Positions 23,255 through 37,689 of a DNA stretch of 64,000 nucleotides are shown in pieces (the stretch's first letter is position 1; every line of letters starts with the position of its first letter). The translations under genes were made by a program, and so were the position numbers. Origin of the DNA: Scyliorhinus canicula (taxonomy: Eukaryota); contig NW_024055497.1 in NCBI RefSeq assembly GCF_902713615.1, forward strand, positions 1,396,420 to 1,460,419, read 5' to 3'. The notes under the pieces were generated by a model, which did not search any database, was not told the DNA's origin, and was given only the letters and a program-made list of their open reading frames with translations.

Positions 23255-23390
23255 GGATAAAAACAAATTGCTGCAGATGCTGGAATGTGAAACAAAAACA
23301 GAAACTACAATCCCAACAGGTCTGACAGTATCTGTGGAGAGAAAAGGGAGCTAACGTTTGAGTCAGGATGACTTTGTCAAAGCTGAGTTT
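23255..23390. mobile_element. Penelope-type terminal-repeat fragment
   Basis: GCTGCAGATGCTGGAA...GAGCTAACGTTT...GATGACTTTGTCAAAG block; recurs at 39500-39620 and 53220-53315, with shorter pieces at 26320, 38790 and 45420. Confidence 0.55.
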
Positions 23391-23689
23391 GTGGAATTCT
23401 CTTTCCCAGAGAGCAGTGACGCTGGGTCACTGAATAAACTCAAAGCTGAGTTCGTGTTTTTTTATCTATTGGGGAGTCAAAGGTTTCTGGGGGAAGGCAG
23501 GAAAATGTAATTAAGGGCACATTCAGATCAGCCAAGCCTTTATTGAATGGTAGTGCAGGGTTAATAAGCTGAATGGCTCCTCCTGCTGCTAATTCTGATG
23601 TTATTATTCTTCTGTTCTTCGGATTGCCACACATGGAAGTAGCACCTCCCCCTCTGGAGGGGCCTGTCAATCATCGAGTCAATGATTTT

Positions 23690-24060
23690 CTCTCCTGAAG
23701 CACCGCCTCTGTTACGTCATCAAGATGGCCCCTCAGCCGCTCCGCTAAACAAAGATGGCGGCCATGGAACTGGGCCTAGCACCAGATAAAAGCGCCACAG
23801 CTACAAACGCGGGATTTGCAGGGTCTTAAACCGGCCGTGTGAGCTGCAGGGGGTGTTTATGAAGCCTTCACTCCCTCCCCACCCCGGCTCCCGGCTCCCG
23901 GCTCCATTCCTCCCTCCACCTCACCGACTCTCCACCGCCCCAAACAGCCGCTCCCGCACTCGCAGACCTCCGAGCAAAGTAACACTGCGCATGCTCCAGA
24001 GACAGCCCAGCATTGCGTCTGCGCACTGGACTCCTGTGGAGTGACTGGGGCACATTCACA
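23690..24060. promoter_or_regulatory. ZF promoter cassette P5
   Basis: TGCGCATGC at 23986; AAGATGGCGG at 23752; paralog of P6. Confidence 0.65.
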
Positions 24061-24249
24061 GCCGCATGGAGTGATGGGTAATAGCCGCACCATTGAAACT
24101 GCAAACAGTAAATACAAAATAACTTGGTTACCGATGGATCAAAATAATCTAGCAAATGATTGTCAATGGGTATTCTGCTAATCTCCATTTCTCAAAATGA
24201 TTGAATGCTGCTCTCCCGTGGAACAATTCAGACCCCAATGGGTCCTTCC

Positions 24250-24720
24250 TCTCTCCTCCCCAGAAGACGCAAACTCTTGCTGAGTTCAATCGCAGAATCA
24301 GTAATTCCTCCATCTTCTCTTTTGCTCGTGATACTGAATGTTCAGTGTTTTCTAGAATGATCCAGTACAGGTGGATGTCATTCGGCACATCATGTCTGCA
24401 CTGACTCTGGACAAGAGCTACCACTTTTCCTGGTTAAATTCCATTTGCCACTGTACTGCCCATATGACCAGTCCATCTGTACCATCCCGTAATTTAAGAC
24501 TTTTGTCCTCGCTAGTTGCCACACCAATGATTTTCCATCTGCAAACTTATCGATCATATCTTCACATATTTCAAGTCCTCGATTTTATATATAATTACTG
24601 TTGGTGGCTGAGGATGCACCAGGATCTCCATCAGCACCTGAACCTGTGATTCCTTCCTGTGAGACAATCGAAGCTTTAATAACTCTGGAGAAACAATGCT
24701 GAAAAAGCTGATGTCCTGGT
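24250..24720 (-). mobile_element. Degenerate CR1 RT fragments
   Basis: Reverse complement resembles the W-Q-M-E-F-N / D-L-G-V region of CR1 RT. Confidence 0.5.
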
Positions 24721-24906
24721 CAATGAAAAATGAAAATGAAATGAAATGGTCAAGGCTAATAACTGGGTGCTGCCTTCTCTGTCTCTGAATTACCTCCACT
24801 CCTATTCACTCCCCACTTATGTAATAAGCATTGACCATAATGACTGGCAAGAGTATGCTGCCAATCAGTCACTATCGTGACAGCGTGCCAATCAAACTGC
24901 ATCATT

Positions 24907-25620
24907 AGGATGGCACGGAAGCACATTGGTTAGCGCTGTTGCTTCACAGCGCCAGGGTCCCAGGTTCGATTCCTGCTTGAGTTTTTCTTTAAAATAATTT
25001 TTATTGAGATTTTTGAAAAATGTATAACAACAGAACAATAATAATAATAGCAATAACAATAATAAACACCCCCAGCACCCATAACAACGCATATAACGAA
25101 CCCCCCCCACCCCCCTCAAACCCAATAAACAACAAAATAAATTAACAATACATTAAATTAACCTAAACAATACCCCCCTGAAACCCCCGCCCCTTTTCCC
25201 CCCCCTCCCCCCAGGTTGCTGCTGCTGACCTAGTTCCCTATCTTTGAGCCAGAAAGTCGAGGAAAGGCTGCCACCGCCTAAAGAACCCTTGTACCGACCC
25301 CCTCAGGGCGAATTTGACCTTCTCCAGCTTAATGAATCCCGCCATGTCATTGATCCAGGTCTCCACGCTTGGGGGTCTCGCATCTTTCCATTGCAACAAG
25401 ATCCTCCGCCGGGCTACTAGGGACGCAAAGCCTGCTTGAGTTACTGCCTGTGCAGAGTCTGCACATTCTCCCCAAAAGACTTGCTTGTTAGGTAAATTGG
25501 TCATTCTGAATTCACTTGAGCAGGCGCGGAGTATGGCGACTAGGGGATATTCACAGTAACCTCATTGCAGTGATAATGTAAGCCGACTTGTGACAATAAT
25601 CAAGATTATTATTATAATTA
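24907..25620 (+). mobile_element. Chimeric SINE (HE1 head, family-C tail) split by an L1 insertion
   Basis: Head at 24907-24983, resumes at 25431; tail GTGACAATAATCAAGATTATT. Confidence 0.75.
24984..25430 (-). mobile_element. 5'-truncated L1-clade LINE 3' end
   Basis: LVARRRILLQWKDARPPSVETWINDMAGFIKLEKVKFALRGSVQGFFRRWQPFL*, G-rich 3' UTR, AATAAA and A tail; 12-bp TSD CCTGCTTGAGTT (24972, 25431). Confidence 0.85.
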
Positions 25621-25629
25621 CTTTTGATT

Positions 25630-26670
25630 TCCAACGCCTTAATGAAGAGGCCTCTGCCAAAGATCTGCGGGTTAAGAAACACCTTCTCCAATCGCAGATA
25701 GACCACAAGAGAAACACATGACTGAGTAGATGTCATCCTTGAAATGAGGAACAGCTGACAACCTAACAATAGAGGAGGAGCAGGTTATGAAGGTGTGACA
25801 GTCAATGGAACTTTCTGTGTTTGAGCAGTTCAGCTCGAATTCCATGCTTGCCGGGTGCCTTTCTGCTTTCTCAACGATCCCAGCCTTTCCCAATTCAGGT
25901 GATGAGGATTCCTTGTCTAACTCAACCATGACAGGAAGCTGACGAGAGTTGAACAGAGACCGGGAGGTGTCCGTCCCACATGAGTACAGCTCACAGTCGT
26001 GTTCAACCCAGCGGGACATATTTACATCTGTTGGTGAGAACTTCACCATACTCCATAATCAGGGCGGCACGGTGGCACAGTAGTTCACACTGCTGCCTCA
26101 CAGCGGCAAGGTCTCTGGTTCGATCCCGGCTTCAGGGTCACTGTCCGTGTGGTGTTTGCACATTCTTCCCGTGTTTGCGTGGGTTTCGCTCCCACAACCC
26201 AAAAATGTGCAAGGTAGGTGGATTGGCGATGCTAAATTGCCTGTTAATTGGAAAAAAATGAATTGGCTACTCTTAAATTTAAAAAAAAATAATAATCCAT
26301 TACCAAAGGCAGTTCAGATTCCTTGATAAAAGCAAATTACTGCAGATTCTGGAATCTGAAACCAAAATAAATATGAAACTATCTTTGGTTTCAGATTCCA
26401 TGACGCAGGCTGCTCCGGTGTTTATTTGTACAGCATCTCCATCTTTTACACAATGGTCTTGGCAATGTTAAGTCCCAAGTGATGCACTGTTCTAGCTCTT
26501 GGGTTTATGTTGGGTATCAGATAGGCTTTGCTTTTTGCTTCAACGACAGATGTCATCTCTGTTGAGTGGGTCTCAAACCAGTCTTTGTTGTGGGTTCCAC
26601 CTTTACCAAATGTTGCTGCTGCTGTGTCAGAAATGATTCAACTCAGTGACTTCCAAACTTCATCAATAAT
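25630..26670 (-). mobile_element. RTE-clade LINE fragment, interrupted by a SINE
   Basis: ELDKESSSPELGKA, GKHGIRAELLKH..LSHLHNLL and THNKDWFETHSTEM resemble the RTE pre-RT region. Confidence 0.7.
26063..26290 (+). mobile_element. Short HE1-like SINE
   Basis: Family head and A-rich tail. Confidence 0.85.
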
Positions 26671-27119
26671 AATGTTGATTGATTAAGTTTCTATTCCTAA
26701 GCCTGAGAAATATTTTACCGTTTTATTTCAAGTTGATAATTTAATTTCATAATGGTGGTGTCACAGTGAACAATGTGTAAGTCAGAAAGAATTGTCAGCA
26801 AGGATTAATCAGCATTTTCCACTTGGAGATCAGTAGAATGTTTCAGAAACTGAATTATAGATTTTTCACCAAAAACTCTTTCGGATTAAAGTAAAAGTTA
26901 ATAAAGCTATTGCAAGTGTGTTCCTGGGAGATATCTTGAATAAAGAAGAAAGATGTTTTTAAAAAGCAACACTGCATCCCTAAAATCAGTGACAAATCCA
27001 GAATATTAAACTGCAGCCAGTTATCGGGGTTGTTGACATCAGCAGAAATAAACCAAATATTGTAAGACTATCAGCAATAACAGCTGAATCCAGTCTCTTC
27101 AGTCACTCATGAAGCTGTT

Positions 27120-27630
27120 GATACAAAGAACAAGAAAATTACAGCACAGGACCAGACCCTTCAGCCCTCCATGCCCATGTCGACCATGCTGCCCATTTAA
27201 ACTAAAATCTTCTACACTTTCTAGGTCCGTATCCCTCTATTCCCATCCTATTCAAGAGTGTTGACCTGAAAGAGGTCCACAAGATTATGAGGGGCATAGA
27301 TAGTGTGGATGGGCAGGCACTCTTTCCCAGGGTGGAGGGATCAGTCACCAGATGGCATAGGTTTAAGGTCCCTGGGGCAAAGTTTAGAAGAGATGTGTGA
27401 GGCAGATTGTTTTTACCTAGAGGGTGGTGAGTGTCTGGAACGCATTGCCAGGGGAGGTTGTGGAAGCAAATACATTAATGACATTCAGAATGCATCTTGA
27501 CAAACACATGGATAGGATGGGTATAGGGATATGCCACAAGTGCTGAAGGTTTTGGCTAAGGTCGGTATGATGACCGGGACAGGCTTAGAGGGCTGAAGGG
27601 CCTGTTCCTGTGCTGTATTGTTCTTTGTTC
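27120..27630. mobile_element. CR1 3' fragments in both orientations
   Basis: KIMRGIDSVDG-like coding tail and the GGGCCTGTTCCTGTGCTGTATTGTTC 3' tail. Confidence 0.7.
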
Positions 27631-27639
27631 AAAGACTCT

Positions 27640-27870
27640 GTTCAATGTGGGAGAAACGGTTCATATGTTCAGAATGTGGATGATGTTTTAGCTGATGGTC
27701 TGACCTTTCGAACAATATGTAGTCACGCTGGAAGAAACCTTGGAAATCTGAGGACTGTGGAATAGATTTAATCAGACCTGGAGATTCATCGACCTGTTCA
27801 CACTGAGGAGCGACCGTTAATGTTCTCCGTGTGTGTGGGAAGGGATTCACTCAGTTCACCAGCCTCACTT
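27640..27870 (+). pseudogene. Degenerate plus-strand C2H2 zinc-finger remnant
   Basis: GEKRFICSECG...KPWKSEDCG...LEIHRPVHTEERP...CGKGFTQ with stops and frameshifts. Confidence 0.7.
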
Positions 27871-28419
27871 CATCATGGTCAATCTGTACTGGACTGTTAC
27901 CAAGTGCAATGTATCTTTCCTGAGGTTTGGTGGCCAGTACGGAACACAGTTCATGCAGCAAGTGAGGAAAAGACAGCAGGAATTTATCTAATCTGTGATT
28001 TACAAGGACACATTCTTGGTTCCCAGCAGTTAAGTTTCTTCAGTAATTTCCTCATTTTCCCCGAACTACCCTGCCTGTTAATTCTATTATTTCTGATAAT
28101 TCCATTACTGTAGCTATAAACATCACACATTAGAATTTAATCTGTTTCATTATTCATTCTGGTTTAAGTTTATGTTGAGGTTAATAACAGACAAATTCTG
28201 TCCTCTCCCCGATCCGATTAGAGTTTCCAATAAGTTGATTCTGTGGAATGGAATGTCTTATCAGCGTTTCCACGGTGACCTGTCTGCACTGAAGCGCCTA
28301 CTTGAGTTTCTAACTCAGACTAAACTTCTCTCTCCCATAACACACATTATATCAGACATTGGATGTCAATATATTTCAGCCATGTTATGTTAATGTCTCC
28401 AAAACCCTAAAAGGAGTTC

Positions 28420-29025
28420 AGATACACAAACATTTAAATGTGGGAGGACAAGTTGATAAAGTGTTTAAAAAACACATGGGATCCAAGGTTTTATAATTCT
28501 GGGTGTGGAGTACAAAAGGACAGAGGTCATGTAAACCTGGACAAATCATTGGTTAGGCTGCAGTTAGAATATTAGATCAGGTTTTGGGGATCTTATACCA
28601 GGAAGGATATCAAGGCCATGGAGAGGGTGTAGAAGAGATTCACTGAGATGATCCCAGGGAAGAAAGGCTTTAGTTACCAGGAGGGATTAGAGAAACTGGG
28701 ATTCTGTTCATTCGAACAGAGGCTGACTGGAGATCAGAGGGAGGGGGTTTTGATTCCACCCTTGGGTGACTGTGTCGAGTTTGCACTTCCTCCCCGTGTC
28801 TGCGTGGGTTCCTTCCGGGTGCTTCAGTTTCCTCCCACAGGCCAAATACTGTGGTTAGCGCAGCTTAGTTGGATTGGCCATTCTAAAAGATTTCCCCTGA
28901 GTGTCCAAAGGTTAGGTGGGTTTCTGGGGATAGGGTAGAGGAGTGGTCCTGAGTGGGGTGCCGTATTGGAGGGTCGATGCAGACTTGATGGGCCAAATCG
29001 CCTCGTTCTGCACTGAAGGGATTTG
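28420..29025 (+). mobile_element. CR1 fragment followed by an HE1-like SINE
   Basis: CR1 KDIKAMERV-RRFTEMIPG-like region; SINE body at 28750-29025. Confidence 0.7.
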
Positions 29026-29289
29026 ATGGAACAGAAAAAGGTTCACATGAAATATCAATCAGACTGTACAATGTTCAGGACTCTCACTGTCCCTCTGGGC
29101 CTGCGGGGTGGGTGGGGGGGGGGGGGGGGGGGGGAGGGTGCGGTGTGTGTGGTGGGGGGGGGGGCAGTGGAAGAACTGGTGATGGTTTCTCTTATCTCTG
29201 AGTGAAATTTTATTTTTAAAGTGAAGGGTGTCTGTACTGGGGAATCTGAGTACCAAGTGCCAGCTTGAACCATTCTCCAATCAGTTCCA

Positions 29290-29625
29290 GCACAGCTCCC
29301 TCTACATTGCCCCATGAAACACTCCCAAGGCTGATACAAAATGGTGTTAAATACTGAGTAAATCTCCCTCCATGCTGTCCTCATCAAACACTCCCACAAT
29401 AGGTACAGTACAAGTTTGGATACAACATATATCCTCCTCGGCACTGTCCCCATCAAACACTCCCAGGACAGGTACAGCACAGGGTTAGACAGAAGAAATC
29501 CCTTTGTACATTGTCCCAGTCAAACACTCCCAGGACAGATACAGCACGGGCTTAGATACAGAGTAAAGCTCCAGTTACACTCTTATAATCAAACACTGCC
29601 TGGTGCAGATACACAGGCAGGTTAG
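29290..29625. repeat. About 68-bp diverged tandem repeat (5 copies)
   Basis: AAACACTCCC recurs near 29318, 29386, 29456, 29522 and 29590. Confidence 0.8.
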
Positions 29626-29719
29626 CAAAACCATCCCTGGATGCCAAGGCTATGAGAGAAGGATGGAAGGTATGGGGAGCTGGGACTATTAAAATCTGGT
29701 TTTGGGATCGCAGACTACG

Positions 29720-30010
29720 CACAAAGTGGAGTGGGGGAATGGGGTTAGATCAAGCTTAAAGCACATCAAGGTAGATAAATCCACTCACTTAACCTGTTTG
29801 TAGTCCTTTGCAGTCCTTAAATCCACTTCACAAATTACTTTCCTGCCTGTCTTTGAGTCATCATAAAATTTAGCCGCCAGACATTCAATCCCGTCATCCA
29901 ACACATTCATACAGATTGTAAATGGTTGGGAGCCCAGCACTGATTCTGGTGACATTCCACTTGTCACATCTTACCCACCCAGAAATAACCCATTCATACC
30001 TACTGGCTGC
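29720..30010 (-). mobile_element. CR1 RT fragment
   Basis: SGMSPESVLGSQPFTICMNVLDDGIECLAAKFYDD, a degenerate PQGSVLG...FADD region. Confidence 0.75.
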
Positions 30011-30044
30011 TTCCTGTTCGCTAACCAATCCTCTATTCATGCTG

Positions 30045-30945
30045 ATACCTGTACCAGCCTCCCCGAACAGGCGCCGGAATGTGGCGACTAGGGGCTTTCC
30101 ACAGTAACTTCATTGAAGCCTACTCGTGACAATAAGCGATTTTCATTTCATTTCATTTTCGATATATTACCCCCCCACAAAAAGAGCTCTTATTTTGTGT
30201 AATAACCTTCGATGTGGCACCTTGGGAAATACCTTCTGAAAATCTACATAAAGCACATCTACAGGTTCCCCTTTATTGACATCCATTGTTACTTCCTCAA
30301 GGAACCTTGATAAATTAGTCAATCATGATTGATTCTCTGAACCCCATTTTCAATCACTGTGCCAAAAGAAAAATCAAATCTCCTCTACCCCTCTGCCAAT
30401 TACCTCAGATGAACTCACTTTCTGTTAAAGAGCCTGTCAACCCCTCTCACCCACTTTCCCGAAAATTAACATATTTAATCAGGGAAAAGTCCAACAAATT
30501 CAAATATTTTCTTGTTAAAAATTTGTTGACAAAACAGAACATGGTTAAAAAAACAGAAAATTTATTGAGGATCAAAGACAACCAGAGTGACAGGATGTTC
30601 ACAATGTTCTGGATCCCAAATGGTTTCCCTTTGGCTCCTCTGTACTCTGTTCCCGTGACTCCCCGCTTTGGACACAGGGGCACTGAACCCTGGGGGTCAC
30701 ATCATCGCCAGCCTCTGTCACCCCCCGCCCCCGAAACCTGATTGGTTGGAGGTCCAGTTCGCAGTTTAGCACAAGGCTAAATCGCTGGCTTTGAAGGCAG
30801 ACCAAGGCAGGCCAGCAGCACGGTTCAATTCCAGTACCAGCCTCTCCGAACAGGCGCCGGGATGTGGCGACTCGGGGCTTTTCACAATAACTTCATTTGA
30901 AGTCTACCTGTGACAATAAGCGATTTTCATTTCATTTCATTTCAG
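30045..30945 (+). mobile_element. Two family-C SINE copies (30045-30160 and 30760-30945)
   Basis: GAACAGGCGCCGG...GTGACAATAAGCGATTTTCATTTCATTT tails. Confidence 0.8.
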
Positions 30946-31404
30946 TCAGTCCTCCAGCACCTTCCTGTCTCTATTAGCAACGTCCATGGCAGTTTCCCAA
31001 CTGGGAACAGGCCCCGTTATTCTCAGCTAAATTCAGCCCTCAGCTCCATCACCTGGCTGTCAGTGACGCGAGCAATAGAGACAGAAAGGTGCCCGAGGCT
31101 CAAATAGGAAGACAAAACTTGTGGATTAGGATCTCCATAAAGGTCAGCAACTTCTTAGAAAATATCAAATTCCCAGTCAACAAATTAAAAGGATCACACG
31201 ACAGGAGTTCAAGTTTTATGACTTTTAATGCAACAAGCTAGAAGCTACTTTAACTTGGAAAACTACACAGTAAACTACAAATTAGAACTTTGCCCTTTTA
31301 AATAACCTGGAATCACACTCGACGATTATAGTTATTCTGTCCTGGAAGTCGAAACTTAATTGTCTCAGAACCTGTCCAAAGTGATGATTCATTCCCGAGG
31401 AAAG

Positions 31405-32400
31405 AACTGCTGTTTGTAGTATATATAAATGATTTGGAGGAAAATGTAACTGGTCTGATTAGTAAGTTTGCAGACGACACAAAGGTTGGTGGAATTGCGG
31501 ATAGCGATGAGGACTGTCAGAGGATACAGCAGGATTTAGATCATTTGGAGACTTGGGCGGAGAGATGGCAGATGGAGTTTAATCCGGACAAATGTGAGGT
31601 AATGCATTTTGGAAGGTCTAATGCAGGTAGGGAATATACAGTGAATGGTAGAACCCTCAAGAGTATTGACAGTCAGAGAGATCTCGGTGTACAGGTACAC
31701 AGGTCACTGAAAGGGGCAACACAGGTGGAGAAGGTAGTCAAGAAGTATGCTTGCTTCATGGAATGAAGGCATGATTGCCTTAATTGGCCGGGGCACTGAG
31801 TATAAGAATTGGCATGTCATGTTGCAGCTGTATAGAACCTTAGTTCGGCCACACTTGGAGTATTGTGTTCAATTCTGGTCGCCACACTACCAGAAGGATG
31901 TGGAGGCTTTAGAGAGGGTGCAGAAGAGATTTACCAGGATGTTGCCTGGTATGGAGGGCATTAGCTATGAGTAGCGGTTGAATAAACTTGGTTTGTTATC
32001 ACTGGAACAACGGAGGTTGAGTGACGACCTGATAGAGGGCTACAAAGTTATTAGTGGCATAGACAGAGTGGATAGTCAGACGTTTTACTCCAGGGTAGAG
32101 GGTTCAATTACTGGGGGGCATAGATCTAAGGTGGGAGGGGCAAGGTTTAGAGGAGATGTAGGAGGCAAGTTTTTTCCCCACAGAGGGTATTGGGTACCTG
32201 GAACTCGCTGCTGGAGGAGTTGCTGGAAGCAGGGACAATAGTGACATTTAAGGGGCATCTTGACAAATACATGAATAGGATGGGAATAGAGAGATACGGA
32301 CCCAGGAAGTGTAGAAGATTTTAGTTTTTTCGGGCAGCATGGTCGGCACGGGCTTGGAGGGCCGAAGGACCTGTTCCTATGCTCTACTTTTCTTGATTTA
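31405..32400 (+). mobile_element. 5'-truncated CR1 LINE
   Basis: YINDLEENVTGLISKFADDTKVGG...RPHLEYCVQFWSP, plus 3' tail. Confidence 0.92.
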
Positions 32401-32419
32401 CTTCCGTTCTTCAACCAAC

Positions 32420-33050
32420 ACACCAAAGAAAAAAAGGGAGAATAGAATAGAATGTGAACTAGCAAAGCATATAAAAATGGACTGTAAAAGTTTCTGTGGC
32501 GACGTAAAAAGGAAACATTTGGCTCAGACAAAGGTTTGTCCGTTCCAGATAGAGTCAGGAGAATTTAGAATGAGGAATAGAGATCTCTACAGCCACCTCG
32601 TTCAACACTCTGGGATGTAGATCATCAGCTTTTGGGGATTTATTCACTTTCAACCCCATTAATTTCTCCAGTCCGACTTTTTCACCAATACTAATCTCTG
32701 CCAGTCCCTTGGTTCTCGGTATTTTGGGGACAATTTCTGTATCTTCCTCTGTGAAGACAGACACACATTGTTTAGTTTCTCTGCCATTTCCTTACTCCCC
32801 ATTATAAACTCTCCTGTCTCTGCCTGGAATGGACCCACATTGGTCTTTGCTAATCTTTTCCGTTTCACATTCCTGTGGAAGCTTTTCCAGTCGGTTTTTA
32901 TGTTTCTCACCAGTTTGCTCTCATCAGTTTCTTGGTCCTCCTTTGTTGAATTCCAATGGATCTTGTGGAATCTTTCACTTTTCTTGTGAGCCAAGGTTAC
33001 ATTACTTTTCCTGTTGGATTTATGTTCCTTAAAGGAATCGGTATTTGTTG
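32420..33050. mobile_element. CR1 ORF2 pre-RT fragments in opposite orientations
   Basis: KLARNIKTD-KSF--YVKRKR-AKT-VGP motif on the plus strand (32450-32580) and minus strand (32600-32990). Confidence 0.75.
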
Positions 33051-33109
33051 TATATATGTGAAATTAAAGTCACAAAAATCCCAGAGGACCATAGGCTTTT
33101 CTCCTCTTT

Positions 33110-34345
33110 GACATGATGTGGAGATGCCGGCGTTGGACTGGGGTGAGCACAGTAAGAAGTCTTACAACACCAGGTTAAAGTCCAACAGGCTTTGTTTCAA
33201 ACACGAGCTTTCGGAGCGCAGCTCCTTCCTCAGGTGAATGGAGAGGTATGTTCCAGAAACATTTATATAGACAAAGTCAGAGATGCTGAACAATGCTTGG
33301 AATGCGAGCATTTGCAGGTAATCAAATCATTACAGATCCAGGGAGAGGGACAATCACAGGTTAAAGACGTGTGAATTGTCTCAAGCCAGAACAGTTGGTA
33401 GGATTTTGCAAGTCCAGGCCAGATGGTGGGGGGTGGATGTAATGCGACATGAATCCAAGATCCCGGTTGAGGCCGCACTCATGCGTGCGGAACTTAGCTA
33501 TAAGTTTTTGCTCGGCAATTCTGCATGGTTGCGTGTCCTGAAGACCGCCTTGGAGAACGCTTACCCGGAGATCAGAGGCTGAATGCCCTTGACTGCTGAA
33601 GTGTTCCCCGACTGGAAGGGAACATTCCTGCCTGGTGATTGTCGCACGATGCCCGTTCATTCATTGTCGCAGTGTCTGCATGGTCTCGCCAATGTACCAT
33701 GCTTCGGGACATCCTTTCCTGGAGCGTAAGAGGTAGACTACATTGGTCGAGTCGCACGAGTATGTGCCGCGTACCTGTTGGGTGGTGTTACCACGTGTAA
33801 TGGTGGTATCCAAGTCGATGATCTGGCATATCTTGCAGAGATTGCCCTGGCAGGGTTGTGTGGTGTCGTGGTCGCTGTTCTGAAGGCTGGGTAATTTGCT
33901 GCAAACAATGGTTTGTTTGAAGTTGCGCGGTTGTTTGAAGGCCAGAAGTGGGTGTGTGGGGATGACCTTGGCAAGATGTTCATCTTCATTGATGATGTGT
34001 TGAAGGCTGCGAAGATGATGTCGTAGTTTCTCCACCCCAGGAAAGTACTGGACGACGAAGAGTACTCTGTCAGTGGTGTCCCGTGTTTGTCTTCTGAGGA
34101 GGTCGGTGCGGTTTTTTGCTGTGGCGTGTTGGAACTGTCGATCGATGAGTCGAGTGCCATATCCCGTTCGTACGAGAGCATCTGTAGGTGTCTGTTACAC
34201 TCCTCCTCGTCTGAGCAGATCCTGTGTATACGGAGGGCTTGTCCATAGGGGATGGCTTCTTTAATGTGTTTCGAGTGAAAGCTGGAGAAGTGGAGCATCG
34301 TGAGGTTGTCTGTGTGCTTGCGGTAAAGTGAAGTGCTAAGGTTGA
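33110..34345 (-). mobile_element. Penelope-like element: RT C-terminus, GIY-YIG endonuclease and terminal repeat
   Basis: KEAIPYGQALRIHRICSD; NVVY...WYIGETMQTLRQ*MNGHR...GEHF...AEQKLIAKF...GLN. Confidence 0.9.
33202..33236 (-). ncRNA. Minimal type-I hammerhead ribozyme motif in the Penelope terminal repeat
   Basis: CAC-CUGAGGA-A-GGAGC-UGC-GCUCC-GAA-AGCU-C-GUG: conserved core, 5-bp stem II, palindromic AGCU stem III, 3-bp stem I. Confidence 0.65.
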
Positions 34346-34351
34346 CAGAGA

Positions 34352-34530
34352 GAGAGCTGACTGGAGGTGATTTAACCCGAGGGTCTGCACACCTCAGGCG
34401 AGGGGCCTGGTTGAGAAGGCCGAGCCTTCATGGATAAACTCGGCCAGTACGGGAGTTGAATCCTCACTGTTGGCCTTGCTCTGCATCACCAACCAGTCGT
34501 CCAGCCAACTGAGCTAACCGACCCCTGATA
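34352..34530 (-). mobile_element. SINE-B copy
   Basis: Reverse complement GGTTAGCTCAGTTGGCTGGACGACTGG...GGATTCAACTCCC; matches 63650-63811. Confidence 0.8.
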
Positions 34531-34970
34531 AATATGTAACAATTCCTTGAACATTAGGTATTCCCTGTACCAATCAGTTTCCCACCTCAGACAACTTGCC
34601 CCTCATACCCTGATAGTTTTCTTCTGTGAGGAACACCCAGATAAATGAAACAAAAGAATCATGTAACCACCAGGGCCCATCTCCATGGCAACATGGCTTT
34701 GGGGGGGGGGGGTGTTCCAAACAGAAAATGGAACTAAATATCTTCAAACTTCCAAGCACCCTTTCACTCTGTGATCCTTGTGCAATTTGAAGCCAGGTAT
34801 TAGCCAACAAGGCTCAAAGAGAATCAGCCCACTGGAGGCAAAGTGGTGAGACCGGCCAGTCCAGCAGAAAGAAACCCTCCGACCATCCCCACTGACCACC
34901 TGTCAGAATGAACAAAATGCAGTCCTGGGTGTAGAGCAGAAACAATAACAGCAGAATCCAACCCCTGTAA

Positions 34971-37012
<2,042 letters not shown>

Positions 37013-37689
37013 CTGTAAAAACAATTTACAAAATTCATCACTGCCAGTACAGGGCAGAAACTTAGAACAGACAATTCTTGTTTCTATGTCACATTTTTTC
37101 CTCTCTCTTATTCCCCGAAAGCTGTAAATCTCCATCTCACACACTCTCCCTCCATTCTCACTCTGCTGTATCTAATATTCACCCTCCCAATTCTCCTGAA
37201 GGTGCTGATTCAGGCTGATTGACAGATCCAAGCTCACAGCTTCCTGTCCAGGAGATCATAATAAATACTAGCCGCAGTCGGCCATTCGGCTCATCGATCC
37301 GGAACCATTCAATGGGATCATTGGCCGATCTACCTCAGCACCGTTTTCCCACACTATCCCCCATATCCCTCGACATCTTCAATATCTAGAAACCTATCAG
37401 TCTGTGTCTTGAACATATTTGATGACTGAAGCTCCAGAATTCAAAAGCTTAACCACATCCTCGAGTAAAGATCCCTCCTCATCTCAGCGTTCTCTCCATT
37501 TTCCTGACAGTTCCCCATAACCCTCGACACTTATTGAAATTCATTCATTCCTTTGTCACCTCAAACCTTAACTACACAATGTTCCCCTTGCCGGCCTCTC
37601 AGATTCAACTCCACACAAGGTCATGTCAAAATCTGCTGCCTGTGGGCGTATTCACACTAATACCTGTTCACCCAACACCAGGTGTGACC

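Noticed and set aside
23304-23314. ZNF143-like ACTACAATCCC near P5
   Set aside because: It is an imperfect match at a deletion junction in a repeat fragment and is absent from the other cassettes.
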